Assembly (NCBI RefSeq): GCF_009914755.1
Contig: NC_060947.1
Direction: 5' to 3' (one strand)
DNA: 64,000 nt
Source: the human T2T-CHM13v2.0 reference genome, Homo sapiens
Below the pieces are notes generated by a model that worked only from the letters and a program-made list of their open reading frames with translations, did no database searches and was not told the origin of the DNA. The translations under genes and the position numbers were made by a program. Each line of letters starts with the position of its first letter. Positions within the stretch are counted from its first letter, which is position 1. Positions 58,598-64,000 of the stretch are shown here, one piece after another.

Positions 58598-59374
58598 CCT
58601 GTGATCTCCTTTATGTCCTCCTCCAAGGCTCAGCAATGCCTCTCACCGCTTTCCCACTGGCTCACATAGTTCCAGCCTTTCTGGCTTCCATGCTGGTCCT
58701 CAAAAATGTCTCACACACTCCATTTTCATGGCCTTCACACTTGCTGTTCCCTGTCTAGAATATTCTCAGATATCTTCATGGCTTGCTTCCTTACTTCACT
58801 CAGGTCTCTGTCCAAATGTACCATCTTAGACAAGAGGCCTTTCCTCACCATCCTAAATGGCATAACTCCACATCCCTCTCTATGGCCTTGATCTGCTTTA
58901 GTTTTTATGTAAAGGCATCATCGCCACCTGACATATGTATCTGTGTATTACATGTCTCCCCTTCATTAGAATGTAAGCTCCATGAGAGCAGGGCTTTTTA
59001 TCTCTTTTGTGAACTGCTGTATCCCTGATGCCTAGAACTGTAGGTGTTTGAGATGTATTTCCTGAGTGAACAAATGAATGGACAGACCAGATGAGTAGAG
59101 AAGTAAACATTCCTTTGCAAAGCAGTGTGATCAGTGCTAGGAGAGCTTTATACCGGGTGTTGTGGGAATCCCTAGTCTGACTTGGGGGTGGAGTGGGGGT
59201 AAGAATTATTAATGAAAATTTCTTAGAGCAAGTCACATCTGAGTTGAATCCTGCAGAATGAGTGGGAGTTTTCAGGCCTAGAAAGTGAGGAAAGGGTATT
59301 CCAGGGAGATTAAAACAGTGCTGCAAAGTCCTATATGCCAGAAGCTTCAGAAATTTTAGATAGTTCAGAGTGAC

Positions 59375-59700
59375 AGAAAGGAAAAAAAGAAAGATGGAGG
59401 GAGGGAGGGAAAGAACGAGGCAGGAAGGAAGGGAAAGGAGGAGGAGAAGGAGGAAAGGCAAGGAAAAGGAGGAAGGGGAGGGATGGAGTGAGGAAGGAAG
59501 AGGAGAGAGAGGAGGAGGGAGGGGAGGAAGGAAGGGAGAGAGAAAGGAAGAAAGGAAAGAAGGAAGGAAGGGAGGAAGGAAGGAAGAAAAGGAAGAAGAG
59601 AGAGGGAGAGAAGGAGGAAGAAGAGGGAAGGAGAGAGGGAGGGAAGAAAGAGGAGGGAGGGAAGAAAGAGGAGGGAGGGAGGAAGAAAGGAGGGGAGGAA
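59375..59700. repeat. GA-rich polypurine low-complexity tract
   Basis: About 325 bp of almost only G/A. Confidence 0.9.
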
Positions 59701-60137
59701 ATCTGTGCTCTCAAGGAGCTCATGATTTAGTACTAGGGGATAACCATGTAAACAATTGAAAATCAGTTTGATTAAATTGGTGGTAGAGCTATATTCAGGG
59801 TGGAGTAGGAACACACAGGGAAGGGGGTCCTCCTTCTTTGAAGGGAGGAGGAGCCCTGGAGGGAAAGAGAAGGCTTACCAGAGAGTATTGAAGGCCTGAC
59901 TCTTCACCAGGCAGATGGAGGGGAGAAGGCCCAGTGGAAGGAGAGAGAACAAGACTTGCAAGGACATAGGGCTGTGAGAGCAGAGTGGCCTTTGGAGGTT
60001 CCTGGGCATAGAGGCCTTTGGGGCCACAGTAAGGGGTCTGGATTGTATTCCAGCAACAGTGGGAGCCACTGAAGGACTTTAAGTGGAGAGGGGTGAGGGA
60101 AATGTTACAGATTCAGGATTAGCTCCTAAATCAATCT

Positions 60138-60460
<323 letters not shown>

Positions 60461-61144
60461 CTTAAATCAATCATTTCTATCTTCTCTGTGAATAATCAAT
60501 TGAAAATAAGATCAAGCTTGGAGGCAAGGAGATCATATTTGCAGACCACATTCTGCAAATATTCTGCAAATATCTACATCAACATAAGCTATGTTGCAGC
60601 AGTGGCTATTCAAAGTGCATCACCTGGGATCATGTTAAATAAGCAGAATTTCAGGTCTCACTGCACACCTGCCAAGTCTGAATCTGCATTATAACAAGAT
60701 CCCCAGGTGACTGGTGCCCATATTAAAGTTAGAGAGTCATTGGCCAAGACTAAATGGGGATGGAGAGGAGGCTATAGATATGGGAGAGTTATTAAGAGAG
60801 GATCAACAGGATTTAGCCTCAGCTGTATTGCCTTATTTCTCCATTTGCTGACTTCCCTGTTTTTTGGTGAACTAGAGTTCCAACTGACTGCACTCTCCTG
60901 GGTTGGGTTCCCACCACAGCTGAGAAGCTGACCTTCTCTTTGGGTCTGGAGCTGTCTGGAAACAAAAAATTGGTTTCTTTTCAGGAGACCCAGTAGATGG
61001 CTCCTTATGCAGCTCAAAATCAATAAAATGTAAAATAAAACCGTGTCGGATAATTCTACTTTTTTTTTTATCTGTGTTCTCTTGATTTTACAATTTAGTA
61101 TACATACATAAGCACACACATTTTTTGGCTCAAACATTTGAAAG

Positions 61145-61866
61145 TGAGCCAGGAGAATAGGGTCTGGGGGCAAGGAACCTAAGGCCATTTCACGCTGACT
61201 TCCTAGTACTAAATAGAAAGGAAAAGTATACCTTGGGCGGTATGGCCATTTTCACGATATTGATTCTTCCTATCCGTGAGCATGGAATGTTCTTCCATTT
61301 GTTTGTGTCCTCTTTTATTTCGTTGAGCAGTGGTTTCTAGTTCTTGAAGAGGTCCTAAAAAAAAGAAAGGAAAAGTATAACTTTCTACACCTAAGTAACA
61401 AAAGTACCACAGACTACTCCCTTTGCAAACCCCTACCTTTTCTGCACGGCAGATGGGAAATTGAATGTATCTCTGATTGGTCGCTGTTTGCAACCAATCA
61501 GGCGTTTGCATAGGAGTGTAACTTTCTAACTGTACTTCAGCCTCTGATTGTGAGCCAAGTCTTCATTTGCACAGAAGTACAACTTTATAATTTCACTTTA
61601 GTCTCTGATTGCAAGCCACCACTTTATTTAAATGAGGTGAGCACCAAGTGGCCAATGGGAAACTTCTAAGGGTTATTTGCACCCGAGAAGATTCTGTATT
61701 CCGGCCCTTGAGCCACTGCTCGGGCCTGCTCCCACGCTGTGGAGTATACTTTCGTTTTCAGTAAATCTCTGATTTTGTTGCTTCATTCTTTCCTTACTTT
61801 GTTTGTGCGTTTTGTCCAATTATTTGTTCAAAACACCAAGAACCTGGACACCCTCCACCGGTAACA
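61145..61866 (+). mobile_element. MER51-like ERV1 solo LTR
   Basis: tgagccaggagaatagggtctgg...accctccaccggtaaca, 4-bp TSD aaag, several CCAAT motifs. Confidence 0.8.
61231..61363 (-). mobile_element. Short inverted L1PA ORF2 fragment with an A tail on the + strand
   Basis: 16-bp TSD agaaaggaaaagtata at 61215-61230 and 61364-61379. Confidence 0.85.
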
Positions 61867-61928
61867 AAAGTATGTGTTAAGAACTGTGAGGGTCTGAGGT
61901 TTTATCCTGTTTGAAAACCCACAAGTTA

Positions 61929-62235
<307 letters not shown>

Positions 62236-62544
62236 CTAAAACTGACCCTACACAATTATAAAAACACCACAACGGAAAAACTGGCCCCATTCCTTGGCAG
62301 TTCCACTTCAACTCCCAACGGTTTGGCGTATAGCAGTAGTTCAGTCTTCTTCCTATAAACAAACAACGTTATGTATGTGTAGTTTTACCTAATCCAAGCA
62401 TATATTATTTTTTTAGAAAGTTATACATGTATATATATATGTATACTTTTATAATTAACTTTTTATTACTTAACAACTTCAATCTTATTTTCATGACAAC
62501 TCATATAGATTCTTGTTAAAAGTGCCTGTGACTGTGTTGTATAA

Positions 62545-62820
<276 letters not shown>

Positions 62821-63114
62821 TGAGGTTTCCCATTACTTCACATCCTTGCTAATATTTTGTGCTGGCAGTCTTTTTGATTTTAGCCATTCTAGAGGGTATG
62901 AAATGGCATTTCACTGCAGTTTTAGTTTGCATTTACCTGATAATTAATAATGCTGATGAGCTTTTCATGTGTTTATTGTCCCTTCATAGGTCTTCGTTTT
63001 TAAAGTGTCTGTTCAAGTATTTTGTCTATTTTTCTATTAAGTTTCTGTATTTTGTTCTTTGTCAGTTATATGTATTGTGAATATTTTTTTCCCAGTTTGT
63101 GGCTTGACTGTTCA

Positions 63115-63734
63115 TTTTCTTTTTTCTTTTTCTTTTTTTTTTAACTTTTGTTTTAGGTTCATGTGTATTTGTACAGGTTTGTTATATAGGTAAACTCGTG
63201 TCACAACGGTTTGTTATATAGATTGTTTCATCATCCAGGTACTAAGCCTAGTACCCATTAGTTATTTTTTCTGATCCTCTCCCTCCTCCCAGCCTCCACC
63301 CTCAAGTAGACCCCAGTGTGTGTTGTTCCCCTCTATGTGTCCATGTGTTCTCATAATTTAGCTCCCACTTAAAGTGAGAATATGCAATATTTGATTTTCT
63401 GTTCCTGCATTAGTTTGCTAAGGATAATGGCCTCCCACTCCTTACATGTTCCTGCAAAGTACGTGATCTCATTCTTTTTTATGGCTGCATAATATTCCAT
63501 GACTTATATGTACCACATTTTCTTTAGCCAATCTACCATTGATGGGCACTCAGGTTGATTCCGTGTCTTTGCTATTGTGAATAGTGCTGCAATGAACATT
63601 CATGTGCATGTGTCTTTATGGTAGGATGATTTATATTCCTTTGGATATTTACCCAGGAATGGGATTGCTCAGTGGAATGGTGGGTCTATTTTTAGCTCTT
63701 TGAAGAATTGCTACACTGTTTTCCACAATGACTG
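63115..63734 (-). mobile_element. 3' end of an older L1PA/PB inserted in an L1M fragment (~62790-64000)
   Basis: T tail, L1 3'UTR motifs (gtgagaatatgc, gctattgtgaatagtgctgcaatgaacat), TSD gact(g/a)ttcattttct. Confidence 0.8.
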
Positions 63735-64000
63735 GACTATTCATTTTCTTAATGGTGTCATTTGATGAGGAGAAATGTTAAATTTTAATTGTTTCATTTA
63801 TCAATTTTTTCTTTTAAGGTTAGTGCTTTCTGGGTCTTATCTAAGAAACCATTGCCTATCCCATGTCATGAAGATAATTGCCTATGTATTATTTTAGAAG
63901 CTTTAGAGTTTCAGCTTTTGCCTTTAGGCATATGATGCATCTAAAAGTAATTTTTAATTAAGTGGTGAGATAGGGGGTCAAAGTTCCTTTTTCTTACATA

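Noticed and set aside
58898-59814. Several long ORFs (130-187 aa)
   Set aside because: Caused by the stop-poor GA-rich tract.

Overview
Primate (human-like) genomic DNA, mostly intergenic and dense in Alu, L1, L2/MIR, MaLR/ERV LTR and DNA-transposon relics. Bases 1-~1845 look like the end of a long 3' UTR with an ATTAAA signal; from recall only, the layout would fit SLC9A6 followed by the SLC9A6-FHL1 interval at Xq26.3. Recognisable inserts are a disrupted GAPDH processed pseudogene (32175-33230), an old mitochondrial control-region NUMT (27539-27897) and an intronless E2F6 retrocopy (~50449-53050, minus strand) inside a Tigger3 transposon. First highlight: the E2F6 copy keeps a full 282-codon ORF despite roughly 40% amino-acid divergence and about six indels that all preserve frame, and it retains a CpG-rich 5' end, so it looks like a candidate fast-evolving retrogene rather than a dead pseudogene. 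Second highlight: between 26.6 and 54.5 kb there are four short local duplications. Three are Alu-plus-flank cassettes enclosed by a single TSD pair (one ends 2 nt before the donor's first Pol III terminator, like an Alu 3' transduction), and one was co-inserted with the NUMT. Most ORF-track entries are Alu or low-complexity artefacts. Repeat subfamily names and homologue comparisons are from memory and were not verified by search.
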